A program made the translations under genes and the position numbers. Under the pieces are notes generated by a model that saw nothing but the letters and a program-made list of their open reading frames with translations, ran no database searches and was not told where the DNA came from. A stretch of 55,441 nucleotides of DNA, filler included, from Basidiobolus ranarum (lineage: Eukaryota), in assembly GCA_040143965.1 (NCBI GenBank). It is 5 parts of 5 records of this genome, joined end to end, with 100 filler letters (N's around TTAATTAATTAA, not from the genome) between each part and the next. Parts side by side here need not be neighbours in the genome. Positions count along the whole stretch, not along the records: positions 1 to 11,023 come from JASJQH010000645.1; positions 11,124 to 22,141 come from JASJQH010000646.1; 3 more parts are not named here. One strand, given 5' to 3'. Positions 1-13,157 of this stretch are shown here, in pieces. The first letter of the stretch is position 1. Every line of letters begins with the position of its first letter.

Positions 1-4
1 TTAG

Positions 5-3000
5 GTTGCAACTTACTTAATGGGATGGGTTGATCATGAAAGCCTAAATGTTCAATTAGCTTTCTCTAATAGTCATTTCCAACAAGATCAAGGCCAACTA
101 TTTGCTGATCAATTCGTGCACATCACGAAGACTCTAGTTAATAACCTGGACACTCCTTTAAAATCCCTAAACTGGACCCCCGATAATGAAAAGCTTCTTC
201 TCTTGACTTCGTGGCAGAAAGGCAAGGGCGGATTCATCAAGGAACTAGATGATAACTGCCTTCATTACCTAGTAGAAAGACAAGTCCAAAGCACCCCCGA
301 TAACATAGCCCTTCAATATGAGGATAAAGAGACAGTTACTTATTTTGAGCTGAACCAACGTGCAAACAGGTTGGCTCATTTTCTAATTGAATCCGGTGTC
401 GTACCCGACGACATTGTGCCACTCTGCATGGAAAAATCGATCAATATGGTTATTGCCATCTTGGCTGTTCTGAAATCCGGTGCTGCTTACGTCCCTCTCG
501 ATCCTGAATATCCCAAAGATCGTATATCTTTCATTGTGAATGAGACTGTAGCCAAAGTTATTATAACTACCAGCAATTTAGAGAGCATATTCAGTGAAAT
601 CCCGAATGCTCAACTGGTTCTGTTGGATCAATGGGATGACACCATTAACAAACACCTAGATACCAACCCCATTGTGCCTCAATTGAAGCCCTCCAGCCTT
701 TGTTACCTAATTTTTACATCTGGATCTACCGGAACGCCAAAGGGGGTAATGCTAGAGCATCGTGCAGTTGTCAATTACATAACCGCACATGTAGGCGTCT
801 TGGGTCTTAACCAGAATGATCGTTTTCTACAATTCACAAACTATACATTTGATGCATCTATACTGGAATTTTTTGGAAATCTCACCGTAGGATCGTGCCT
901 ATGCCTGGCATCCAAAAATAACTTGCTTACTGACTTATCCGAGATGGCTGGATCAATGGATGTAACGGTAGCGCAACTAACTACCACCGTCGCCGGTTTA
1001 CTCGACCCAAGTAAAGTTCCCAATCTAAGAATCCTTCAGCAAGGTGGTGAGATGATGACGAAGCCTGTGCGTGATGCTTGGGTTGAGAAAGTAAACCTAC
1101 TAAATGGTTATGGTCCAACGGAGGCTACAGTATGCACCATCATCCGCAAATGCTTGACTCATACCACCACTTGTACCAACATTGGCTGGCCTATGGGACG
1201 AAATCAGGTATTCATTCTCAGTGACAATCTAGAACCTCTACCCTTGGGCGCTATTGGAGAGCTTTGCTTTGGGGGTCCACAGCTCGCCAGGGGATACCTG
1301 AACAGAGCAGATCTTACTGAAAAAGCCTTTGTGAAGTCACCATTTGCAGAGGGTGAACGTTTGTACAAATCGGGCGATCTAGCAAGATTCCATCCTGATG
1401 GGTCGATCAATATCCTTGGCCGTAAGGATAACCAAATCAAGTTGAATGGATTACGGATTGAATTGGATGAAGTGGAGCATTCATTATATCAATATGAGGA
1501 GATATCTCGAGCATCTGTAAGATTATTGGAGGTCAACAACAACTCTAAGAAGAAACAGCGGGCTTTAGTGGCCTTCTTGACCTTCAATAACATGACAGCT
1601 GAAAATGGCCCTATTGCCGTTATAGACGATGACCATCATGCCGAAATTGTTACTAAGATTGCTCATCTTCGAGAATTGATCGGAAAGAAGTTACCACAAT
1701 ACATGATACCAACAATTTGGGTTCCTTTAACTCGAATTCCTATCAACACTAGCGGCAAGACCGATCTCAAGACATTGGAAAGAATCTACCAAGGAAGCAA
1801 GCCGGAACTTCTACGCAGCTTTACCCAGGAAAAGAAAGAAGTTAAAAGCCAGCCCAATTCCCCAATTGAAAAGATCTTGCAGAACGTGTGGAGTGAGGTA
1901 CTTAATATTGATTCTTCCCTTATAGGTACCGATGACTCGTTCTATCATTTGGGTGGTGATTCCATCTCCGCGATTCAGGTATCATCACAGTGCCGTCAGA
2001 TGGGAGTAAAGGTTTCGGTACAAAGTATATTGCAACACCCAACCATTCATCAACTCAACAATTATGCCGAATACACTACGGGTAAACAAGAGAATGCAGA
2101 TGAAGAGGAAGACGAGGGAGGTGTCATTCCTTTCACACCCATTCAGCATCAGTTCTTTGCGATAGAGCAAGCAGAGGTTCATCACTTTCATTTGTCTTGG
2201 CTAGTTAAAGTAAAAACCCCAATTCAAGTTGATGTTCTTCAGAAAGCGATGTATGACCTTGCTAGTCATCACGAAATGTTACGCACTCGTTTCACGCGTG
2301 TGGATGGAGTTTGGGAACAACGTTTAGCCTCTACCGAAGATAATAATATTGCAGTTCAACGCTTCCAGGTGTCAGATGTGGAAGAACTAAAAGCCAATAT
2401 TTACCGTATCCAAGGTAGTCTCAATATCGAGACTGGTCCTATATCTTACTTTATTCTTTACGACTTTCCAAATGGCGAGCAATTGATGTTTATGACGATA
2501 CATCATTACCTCATAGATCTAATTTCATGGCGTGTGATTTGGGAAGATCTTGAAAAATTACTCAATGGCCAGACCTTATCGTACAAGTCATTGTCCTTCA
2601 AGGCTTGGTGCAAACTGTTGGGAACACATGCCAATTCGCTACAGCGTAAAGACTGGCCCCAACAAGCACCTATACAGCCCTTGAACATCGATAAATCCAA
2701 ATTAGTATTGAATACTATGGAGACGGTCAACACTCTCTCATTCAAACTAGACCATGAGCATACCAAACTTCTATTTGGTGAAAGCAATGACGCTTACAGA
2801 ACAGAGGCAGTCGATTTTATGCTTTCGTCACTTGTAGCATCTTACTGCTCTACTTTTGGTTCCCAGTCTCTTACCATCGCAACGGAGGGTCACGGTCGTG
2901 AGCCATGGGATGATTCGATTGAAATTTCACGGACTGTTGGTTGGTTTACTTCTATCTACCCCGTAACTGTTGATACAAAGCCAGGTGATACCATCATTGA

Positions 3001-6000
3001 TGTTCTTAAGCGTACAAAAGATGTCCGCAAGAGTATTCCCCAGCATGGTTTTACTTACGGACTCCTTCGCTACTTAAATGAAGAGTGTTCCCCAGCCTTG
3101 CAGAAGGATGTTTTGCAAGTAGGCTTCAATTACCTAGGACGTTTCCAACACCTTGAAAAGGCCGGTGCTCTTTTACAAGATGTTGAGGATAAATATAAAT
3201 TCGATTTGAAGATGATGGGACCTAAATGGAGAAGAATGAACGTAATAGAAGTCGAAGTAACCATGCAACACACCAACCTGTGTGCTTCTATCTCCTACAG
3301 CAAAGCTCTACACGAAGAGAAGGATATTAGTCAATGGTTACAATCTTGGCGCGATTCAATGGTCGAAGCAATTCATACGTGTGCCAACAAAGAGGGTGGA
3401 GAGCTAACTATTTCGGATCTACCACTGTTGTCACTGAATACCCATGAACTAGATCAACTAGTTCATGAGATATTACCGCAATATGGTGAGGATTTGGTAC
3501 AGAATGTTGAAGATATATACCCTTGCTCGCCTATTCAGGAGGGATTGATTATCGGCAACTTGAGATCACCCGAATTGTACCACATTCGAGATATATATAA
3601 ATTAACCGGCACATTAGACCCCAAGAAACTTCACTCTGCGTGGAAGACAATCATTCAAGATCTTCCAATATTGAGAACCGTGTTTATTAGTAATCCGTTC
3701 ATCTCAAAAATCCCAGAGGCGTATCTTCAAGTGGTGCTAAAACAGGTGGACGTAGAATGGAGATACATCTCCGTAGAGAACCATGAGGTAGATGATGTAC
3801 TAAAGAAGCACTTTGATGAGGACTTAAGTAGAGGATTCCCTCTTGGTGAGCCCAACATTCGTTTATGCTTGCTTTTGGTAAAGAATGGACAAGATAGATT
3901 GATCATTAGCCGTCACCACTCAATTAACGATGGCTGGTCTGATAAGCTCATGATGGGCGATCTGGATGCCGTGTACAATAATACTCTGAGACCTGCAGTT
4001 ATCCCTTATAGAGATTACATAGCATACCGCATTGAAGAAAGCAAGAACGTGAATGAGGAAATGGAAAGAGGATTTTGGACAAGCTATTTGGAAGATGCGG
4101 AGCCTTGCTCATTCCCACGACTGGGTGATTTAAGTCGTGCTAAAATTGAAAACTGCCAACTCCCAGCCAGACCTAAAATCCTTGTGAGCGATTTGAAGTC
4201 GTTTTCTAAGAGAGTGGGTGTAACTCTATTCACTTTAATTCAAGCAGCCTGGGGATTGTTGTTACAACCATATTATGGACAAGACGACTTCGTTTACGGA
4301 ATTATCACTAACGGCCGTAATATGCCAATGAGACATATTGATAAGGTGGTAGGCCCATGCATCACTACCTCGCCATTGAGAATTCAGTATGACGAAGAAA
4401 CTAACGTCATCGATTGGTTACATAAATTACACCAATTTATGCTTACAAGTATTGCATTCCAAAACCGTGGCTTACAGAAGATTAATCAATGGTGTAAATC
4501 GAGGGGTATTGCCATTGAATTTGATACGATCCTCAATTTCCAAACTCAAGATGAAGATGCCAGGGCAGATGAATCTGAACGCCAGTTGACATTTGAAAGT
4601 GAGGGTATAATTGAGCCAACGGAATACAAACTAACTCTCAATGCTTGGACAGAAAATGGAGAACTCGGACTTCGTTTGGACTACACAAGTGATACACTTA
4701 CCCACTCTCTGGCTAAATACTTTTTGGACAGAATGGAAGTAATTCTCGGGGCCATTATCAAAGCAGGTAATGATACTAAGATCCGGGCTGTGCCAAATAT
4801 GACGAAATTGGAAGAGAATCTGATCCATAGCTTCAACACAAATGTGGTAGCTGATCTCGAGCCCGGGGAATGTTTGCATCACTTGTTTGAAAAACAGGTT
4901 GCAAAGACACCAGGAAATATCGCAATTCAATATGAAGATAGTGACTACATTAGCTACGATGCTTTGAACAAACAGTCAAATCAACTGGCTCATCTTCTGG
5001 TTGAGCATGGCGTGAAACCAGATTCCATGGTTGTATTGTGCCTTGAGAAATCAATCAACCAAATGGTCGCAATATTTGCTGTACTCAAAGCTGGAGGAGC
5101 TTATGTTCCACTTGATCCAAACACTCCTGTTGAGAGAAATAGGTTTATTACCAGCGAGACAAAATCGAAGGTCGTGATCACTATTGATCGCTATAAACAA
5201 TTCTTTGAAGGACAAGCGACAATTCTCCTTGACACCGACAAAGGGATCATTGACCAGTACTCAGCAGCAAATCCGATAGTTGAGAATCTTACATCATCAA
5301 ATCTGTGCTACATTTTGTTTACTTCCGGTTCTACCGGTACTCCCAAAGGTGTGATGTTAGAGCATTCCGCTGTGTCCTACTTTATCCTCGCACAACAAGA
5401 ATCATGGAATCTCACCGAGGAAGACTCTGTACTACAATTCTCCAACTACAATTTCGATATCTCTGTAATGGAAATTTTCTTACCATTAGCAGTTGGTGCC
5501 CGGATGGCACTGGCTCCTAAAGAACGGTTACTGACTGATCTGGAGGGTAGTATAAGCATGATGAACGTAACCTCAACTATCCTGACACCTACGGTAGCTA
5601 GTTTCATCAACCCTGAAAAGGTTCCGACCATCAAAAGAATACAGACCGGAGGAGAAATGTTAACAACTACCGTGCGTAACACTTGGGTATCGCATGCTGA
5701 CTTTTACAATTGCTATGGGCCTACTGAGACTGCAGTTATCTGTTCGATAAACCCCAAATTGAATGAAAACTCTCCCATTGGTAATGTTGGAAGACCTATT
5801 GGGTATAGCAACATGTATATCTTGAATCCTAACCTACAACTTGCACCTTTGGGAGTTGTTGGTGAGGTGTGTGTCTCTGGTCCTCAGCTTGCTCGTGGTT
5901 ACTTCAATAGACCAGATCTTACTGAAGCAGCATTCGTCAAAAATCCCTATATCGCAGGTGAACGAATGTATCGCACAGGCGATCTCGCTCGCTTCAATAC

Positions 6001-9000
6001 TGACGGAACTATGGAGATGATCGGAAGAGTTGATAACCAGATCAAACTCAATGGCCTACGAATTGAGTTGGATGAGATTGAGCACGCACTCTATGAGCAC
6101 ACTAAAACTGATAGGGCTTGCGTTTTACCACTCGTGATCGACTCTAACACGAACAGAAAGGCACTAATCGCGTTTATGACCTTCAGTGATATGGTCGATA
6201 ATGAGGCTGAGGTAACAGTTCTAAATACTGCTGACAACAAGGTTGCTGGAACGTACATTGATGAGACAAAGACTCTGGCCAAGATCAGATTGCCATCATA
6301 TATGGTGCCAAGTGTGTGGATCCCACTTATCAAGATGCCGACCACAGTAAATGGAAAGATCGATCGTAAATACCTTTCCGCATTTTTCCAATCATTGGAT
6401 CGCAAGCATATCATCGGACTATCAAGTGAAGGAAATGTGAAGACCAAGTGTTCGTCGCCTGTAGAAAATATTTTGCTGGAGATCTGGTCGGAAACGCTTA
6501 ACATTAACCCTACAGATATTGGAGTTGATGATTCATTCTTCAACCTGGGTGGTGATTCTATTTCGGCAATTCGCATGTCTTCGCTAAGTCGGCAAAAGGG
6601 CATCTCGTTATCTGTGCCACAGATCATGCAAAACTCTACTATTCATGAACAAGCATTGGTTTCAAGCACATTGACATCGGTCTCCAAGAAAGTAGCAGAA
6701 ATTCGCCAGGGTCCCGTACCCCTTACACCCATCCAAGAGTATTTCTTGGAAACACCACAGCCCAACCTGAATCACTACAATCAATCATGGTTGCTTCGAC
6801 TCCGTGATACCACAAGTGCTGATGCTTTATCCAAAGCTATCTCTGTTGTTTTAGAACAGCATGATATACTTCGTAGCCGCTTTGTATTCTCCAGCAATGA
6901 ATGGCAACAAAATGTTTTGCCAATTGGTCAAGTAGACTTCGAGGTTCATCATTTAGCCATAAAATCAGTTGAAGAGTTGACGACTCACGTCCACCAGCTA
7001 CAAAGAAGTCTTGATATAACATCTGGCCCGTTGTTCCAATTTTCACTCTACGATACCTCAGATGGCCAGCAGCTGATTTTCATGACAGTTCATCATTTCA
7101 TTATAGATTTAGTGTCATGGAGAATTATTTGGGAGGATCTTGAATTGCTACTTCAAGGACAAGAAAGTGGCTACAGGTCAATGTCATTTATACAATGGAG
7201 TAAAATGCTCAGTGATTACGCTCAGGAATTGGATATGAGTGTATGGCCTGTACAAGCAATGGCTAAACCAATTATAGAGGATCCTGTTCTGTTAGAAAGA
7301 AATACCATCAGCACAGCAGTATCACTTTCCTTCACTTTAGACACCCACCATACTGACTTACTTTTCGGCAAGTGCAACCATCCCTTCCAAACTGAAGCAA
7401 CCGATTTTATGCTTTCTTCATTAGCCATAGCCTACAACTCGGTGTTCGATTCCAAGACCTTCACTGTTGGTATGGAAGGTCATGGTAGAGAGCCATGGAA
7501 TGGAGATATCGATATATCAAGAACTGTGGGCTGGTTTACATCGTTCTATCCTTTAACGGTTGAAGTCCTACCGGAAGGGAACTACCTGAGCACTTTGAAA
7601 AATGTGAAGGATCTAAGAAAATTCACTCCCAACAATGGTATCACTTACGGAATTCTCCGTCATCTGAGCAAAGATCCAAACAACACTTTCAAGGACGATA
7701 AAATCCAAATTAGTTTCAATTATCTTGGTCGTTTTCAACAACTCGAAAAGAAGAATTCTTTCTTCCAACAGGTTGAGGCACCCTATATCTTCGATACTTG
7801 TGAAATATCCGAAGAATGGAAACGGAACCATGTATTCGAAATCAATGCTGGTGTAAATCATAATCGCTTTGAAGCTGAGATTGTGTACAGTTCCGCATTA
7901 CACTCCAAGGATTTGGTCGCTCAATGGCTTCAAACCTGGCAAGAAACTCTCACTACAATGATTACCCAATCTACAGAGCTAGACTCTGTCGAGTACACAC
8001 GTAGTGATTTCCCCCTGCTGTCATTATCAGAACAAGATTTCAACTCGCTGTTCGGCCAGATTCTCCCGCAGATTGGTGTTGACTCCAACGATGTTGAAGA
8101 TGTTCTACCTTGCACGCATCTGCAAGAAGGGTTAATAGCTGGAATGATAAAGGCCTCCGACTACTATCATGTACAGCAAATATTTGAGCTATCTGGCGAT
8201 TTTGATTTCGTCAGACTTCAGAACTCTTGGAACACTGTAATTCAAGATCATCCAATCTTGCGTACTATTTTTGCGCACAACTCCGCAATAGGTGAAAGAG
8301 ATTCGACCTTTTTACAAGTTGTTCTCAAAAGTTATATTCCACAATGGCAGCTACTCTTCTGCACGAAGAGCACAATTCAAGAAGAACTTGACGCCTTCTT
8401 TATCAGAGATAAGGCCACCAGCTTCAAATTAGGGCAACCAAATATGAGATTCACTCTGCTCGAAGCTGACTCCAACACCCACATAATGATAATTAGCTGG
8501 CATCACTCTATCCTTGATGCAACATCCTGGAATCTAGTCTTGAAGGATGTGTATGCAGTGTACAACAACCTTGAACGTCCTAGAACCTATCCTTTCAAGA
8601 AGTTCGTTTCAAGTATTCGTAATCGCACCGATAAATACATTCACGAAGAGAAAGGATACTGGCAAAATATGTTCTCGTTCCTTGATATCTTACCGTTCCC
8701 CAAGCTGGAGGCTTCGGAAGGATCCGATTCGAGCCGTATCACATTATCTGGCTTTATCGATGTTTCCATGCACGATATAACCTTGTTTGCTCAACAATCC
8801 AAAGTAACCATCTTCACTCTTATCAAGGCGGTCTGGGCCCTGTTGCTTAAGTCGTACACTCAAAGTGACGACATTGTTTTCGGCTACACAATGAGCGGAA
8901 GAAACAGTGAACTTGAAGGAGTCTCCACTATGATTGGGCCATGCATCAACACATTACCTTGTCGAATTAGGTGTAGTCATGATACGACTATTAGTGAATT

Positions 9001-11023
9001 ACTTACCACTATCCATAAGAACTATACCTCAGCCTTCTCTTATCAGCAGAGCAGTCTAAGAGACATCCAAAACTGGGCTGGTGTTTCACCGTTATTCGAC
9101 ACAATTATCGACTACAAATCTATCTCAGTTTTACAAAACGAGGAATCAAGTGTACAACAACATGGTAACTCAACGCTCGAATTCAAGGACTTGGGAAGTA
9201 ACGAGGCAACCGAGGTAATTTCTAGCAGTTAAATTCGCTGTTGCATGCTAACTTCATTGACTGATATAAATTTGCCATTGATTCAGTATCCACTAGGATT
9301 AAGTGTTGAATCGGATAATTTCAAGATGACTTACAACGTTATTGTAAGTGACAAAATCGCCTCCGAACCATTTGCAACATCACTGGCCCATGATTTCAAG
9401 ATCTTATTTGAAAATCTGGTTAGGGCTGAAGTCGATACCAAATTGGAGCACCTGAATCTCTATTCACACAACTTTGAATTGAATCCAAACGAGCATCTGT
9501 CTACAATTGAAACGCAAGTACAAGATGCTTATTTACATTCTATGTTCGAAAAACAAGTGCTACTTACTCCAGATCATGTGGCAGTTCAGTTCGAAACATC
9601 CGAATTTGTTACTTACAGCCAACTCAACCAAAGGGCGAATCGTTTGGCTCACAAATTGATTGAACTTGGCGTCACTCCAGACACCATAGTTCCTCTGTGT
9701 CTTGAAAAGTCTGTTACCATGGTGGTGGCGATGCTGGCTGTCCTCAAAGCCGGTGGTGCATACGTTCCCTTGGATTCCCATAATCCTATCGAACGAAACA
9801 GGTTCATTGTCAGCGATACAAAGGCCAAGGTAGTTTTAACCATCGAGTGCTATCAGCACTACTTTGAAGGCCAGGAATTGGTGCTTCTCGATCGTGATGA
9901 GCATGTGACCGAAATTTATTCAATCGAAAACCCTGTAGTTAGCGCCCTTAAATCATCACATTTATGCTACGTTTTGTTTACCTCTGGCTCCACTGGCACC
10001 CCTAAGGGAGTAATGTTGGAACATTCAGCAGTAGTAAGTTCAATCACTGCTCACGTAGATATTTGGCCTTTGTCGACAATCGATTCAGTACTGCAGTTCG
10101 CAGCTTATACCTTCGACGTATCAGTAATCGAAATCTTCACTACATTGGCGTTAGGAGCTCGAGTTGCATTGGCTCATAAAGAAAGTTTACTTACTGACCT
10201 GGAGGGTTATATTAACAGAATGCAAGTAACCTCAATGATGCTAACGACAACACTTGCCAGTTATATCAACCCGGCCAATGTTCCAAGTATCAAACGACTT
10301 ATGGTTGGTGGTGAGATGGTAACTACAGCTGTACGCAATACATGGGCACCAATTGTTGAATTAAGCAATGGCTACGGACCTACAGAAGCAGCAGTTGCTT
10401 TCTTAATCAATTCGAAGCTAGATGTAAGTACTTCTTGCAGCAACGTTGGAACGCCAATCGGGCAAAATAGGATCTACATTTTAGGTCTTGATCTTCAGCC
10501 AGTTCCTCTGGGAGTGGTTGGGGAACTATGTGTCTCTGGTCCCCAACTTGCTCGAGGTTACCTTAATCGTCCTGATCTTACTGAGGCTGCGTTCGTCAAT
10601 AATCCTGTTACAGTTGGTGAGCGTATGTATCGTACAGGCGATCTGGCTCGTTTCAACAGAGATGGCTCAGTCGAGTTGATTGGAAGAAAAGATAATCAGA
10701 TCAAACTTCATGGCTTAAGAATCGAGTTGGATGAAATCGAACATGCCTTATATGAACACTCGATGGTTGGCAGAGCATGTGTCTTGCCCCTCGTAACTGA
10801 CTCCACCTCAAACCATAAGGCACTGGTCGCTTTCTTGACATTCAATGACCTGGTCACTAGTGACTCGGCAATCGAAGTACTGAGTGGTGAAAAGACACAG
10901 ACTGCCGCTTCATATGTCAGTGAAGTCCGCGAGCTTGCCAGAAAGAGATTACCACCGTATATGGTCCCTACTGTTTGGATGCCACTAAGCAGAATGCCCA
11001 TCAATTCCAGCGGAAAGATCGAT
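5..11023 (+). CDS. Multimodular nonribosomal peptide synthetase, internal fragment (end of C - A1 - T1 - E1 - C - A2 - T2 - E2 - C - A3, truncated at both ends); exons 5-9214 and 9287-11023
   Basis: Three A domains (FTSGSTGTPKGV, YGPTE, Y.TGDL/SGDL, GR.DNQIKL.GLRIEL). Two T domains with GGDSI (~1952, ~6548). Two E domains (HH..IDL.SW, EGHGREPW, RTVGWFT, FNYLGRF). Two downstream C domains (HHSINDG ~3914, HHSILDA ~8501). A 72-nt phase-0 intron 9215-9286 (GTAATT...GCTAAC...TTCAG) joins ORFs 20..9232 and 9245..11071 in frame (NEATE|YPLG). Confidence 0.96.
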
Positions 11024-11123
11024 NNNNNNNNNNNNNNNNNNNNNNNNNNNNNNNNNNNNNNNNNNNNTTAATTAATTAANNNNNNNNNNNNNNNNNNNNN
11101 NNNNNNNNNNNNNNNNNNNNNNN
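11024..11123. other. Artificial contig linker
   Basis: 44 N + TTAATTAATTAA (stops in all six frames) + 44 N. Confidence 0.99.
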
Positions 11124-11524
11124 TTAACGCCTAGCATACTAGCATACACTTAGAAATCGTCTCCATGTCAGAATATTAATATTACCATTGTGGTACGAAC
11201 AGTCAAGAGCGCGTTGCTGCTTCCGATAATACTATTGGTTCTCATCCACGTATCCTTCTAGTCTATTTGAAGTCATCATGGTTGCACAATGATAAACTCT
11301 AAACACCCCAAGTGATGATCTAAAATATCCTAAATAGTGGTTGGTAAATCTCGATAATTTACTTTTCCAACAACTGCTCTATATTGAACCAATGTTTTAC
11401 AAAGAATAAATAGCAATTAGCATAAAGCAACTAGCACCGAGCCTATCCACATGTAACATTGAACCTTCTTCACAAAGGAATTAGAGTGTGAAGTACTTAT
11501 AGACGATCAGCTCTAGTCTGTACT

Positions 11525-12769
11525 CTAATGAAGCTCCACTTCTGGAGTCATTTTCCCATCTCGATAGCGATAAGTGGGGCCATCGCCCACATTGAACTGT
11601 AAAAGTGCAAGATGAATACATGTTGTATTGAATGATGTCGGGTAACCTCCATAAGCAGACTTACTTTGTAATAGTTGTTTGTTCCTTCTACATTGATAGC
11701 TTTTCTGAGCGTGATATTTACTCTCGGATGCACTTCTGATTTTCTCTTCGGAATCGTGTGCAACCAATTGCTTTGAGTACCACCCTAAACTCGAATGTGA
11801 GAAATTTACTCGCCATAGATAAAGTAGCTATAATACAATTACCTGCATCACTAGGCAATCACCATTCACCAAAGTGAACTTCTCTTTCAGATCTGAATTC
11901 ACTTTGTGCTTCATAAGAAAATCCCGAGAGCCACCGAGAGACAAGCTAGCAATAGTTGGATTGACGCCTAGAAAACTCTCATCATCCGAGTGATAAGTAA
12001 TGGAGTCGTTACCAGTTTCATAGTAATTCAGGAGTACGAAATTGAAGACGGCTCTATTGGGTGTCCCCACTTTCGAATCTAGAGTAGGAGTACTATTTGG
12101 CTCAAGAGAGGATAAGTGCGCTTGTGGTGGGGTAGTTTCTTTCTTTTTGGAGGCTATTTTACTAAACATGGCTCTGATATCGTGAGACGAACTCGTAGAG
12201 CTATTTTTCTGCACTAATATATTACTTGAATTATTGACGGTATCAATATAGGTCTCCATTAGTTTGACTAAATCAATCAACAGATTGGGAATAGGTCTTG
12301 GCCTTCTTCGGTAAACCTTGTCAGTCGGCAGGTGTGAAGTGAAATCTTTTCCAAATATTGTGGTCCATCTTGGTGTCGATACTTGTCTGTCCCCAACGCA
12401 ATACTGTACTCTATACCAAGGCAACTCACTCAAGCACCATTGAAACAGGCTAGTAGCCACTTGAGTGGGTAATAATTTTTGAAAGTAGATCAAATCTAGG
12501 TCGCCAGGTTTTTTGATTTTTCTAACTACATCTTCATTCAGTGGAATACTTTTAGGTGATACCTCCAGCTTCTTTTCTTTCTCAGAGGTAATTTGCTCTG
12601 CATCCGTTGAGGTGTTTTCTTTTACTACTTGGGAAACAAGGTCCGTACCGTTTTGAGGGAAATATTTACTAGAGACTACCTTGGACTTTTTACTTGAGTG
12701 TGTTTCCTTTTCGGTGCTCTTGGTCTCCAAAAGAGTATCGTTTGGTTTTCTTTTCTCGGTAGTAAACAT
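11525..12769 (-). CDS. AlkB-family 2OG-Fe(II) dioxygenase (ALKBH2/3-like DNA/RNA demethylase), 3 exons
   Basis: TPRWT, FNFVLLNYY..G.DSITYHSDDE..LG.NPTIASLSLGG.RDF, then GGTQSNWLHTIPKR...RVNITLRK. Introns 11785-11842 and 11597-11664 are GT-AG and phase 0. Last exon FNVGDGP...ELH* ends at 11525. First ATG at 12769. Confidence 0.9.
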
Positions 12770-13157
12770 TTTGGGATAAGATTGAAATTGGACATGCTGA
12801 GATATATCTTGAAACACAATGATAGATCGTCATGCTATACACAGTGATGTCACCAGAACTCAGGATCCTGAACAACATGGCAAATATTCACATATCCACT
12901 TGAACTACTGTTGATCTACAAATGAGCCCATAGCTTGATGACTTTATTATTCTGATGAGGATTGGAATTATTATTAACTAATTAGTTCAAGACTAGTCTA
13001 AGTATATTAAGTTATCCAGCTTTGTTCTACTTCGGTGGGATGTTCGAAATTCCTCTCAACTCGGGTGTGCATACAATGTGTATGGTACAAGTGATAGCCT
13101 TGATAAATATCAGCATTCGAGTTTTTAGGATCAACGAATTCCCATGGTGAGTGGAGT

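Noticed and set aside
9232-9245. Two separate NRPS genes, or a nonsense mutation
   Set aside because: The stop lies inside a canonical 72-nt GT-AG intron with a branch site; splicing restores one frame.
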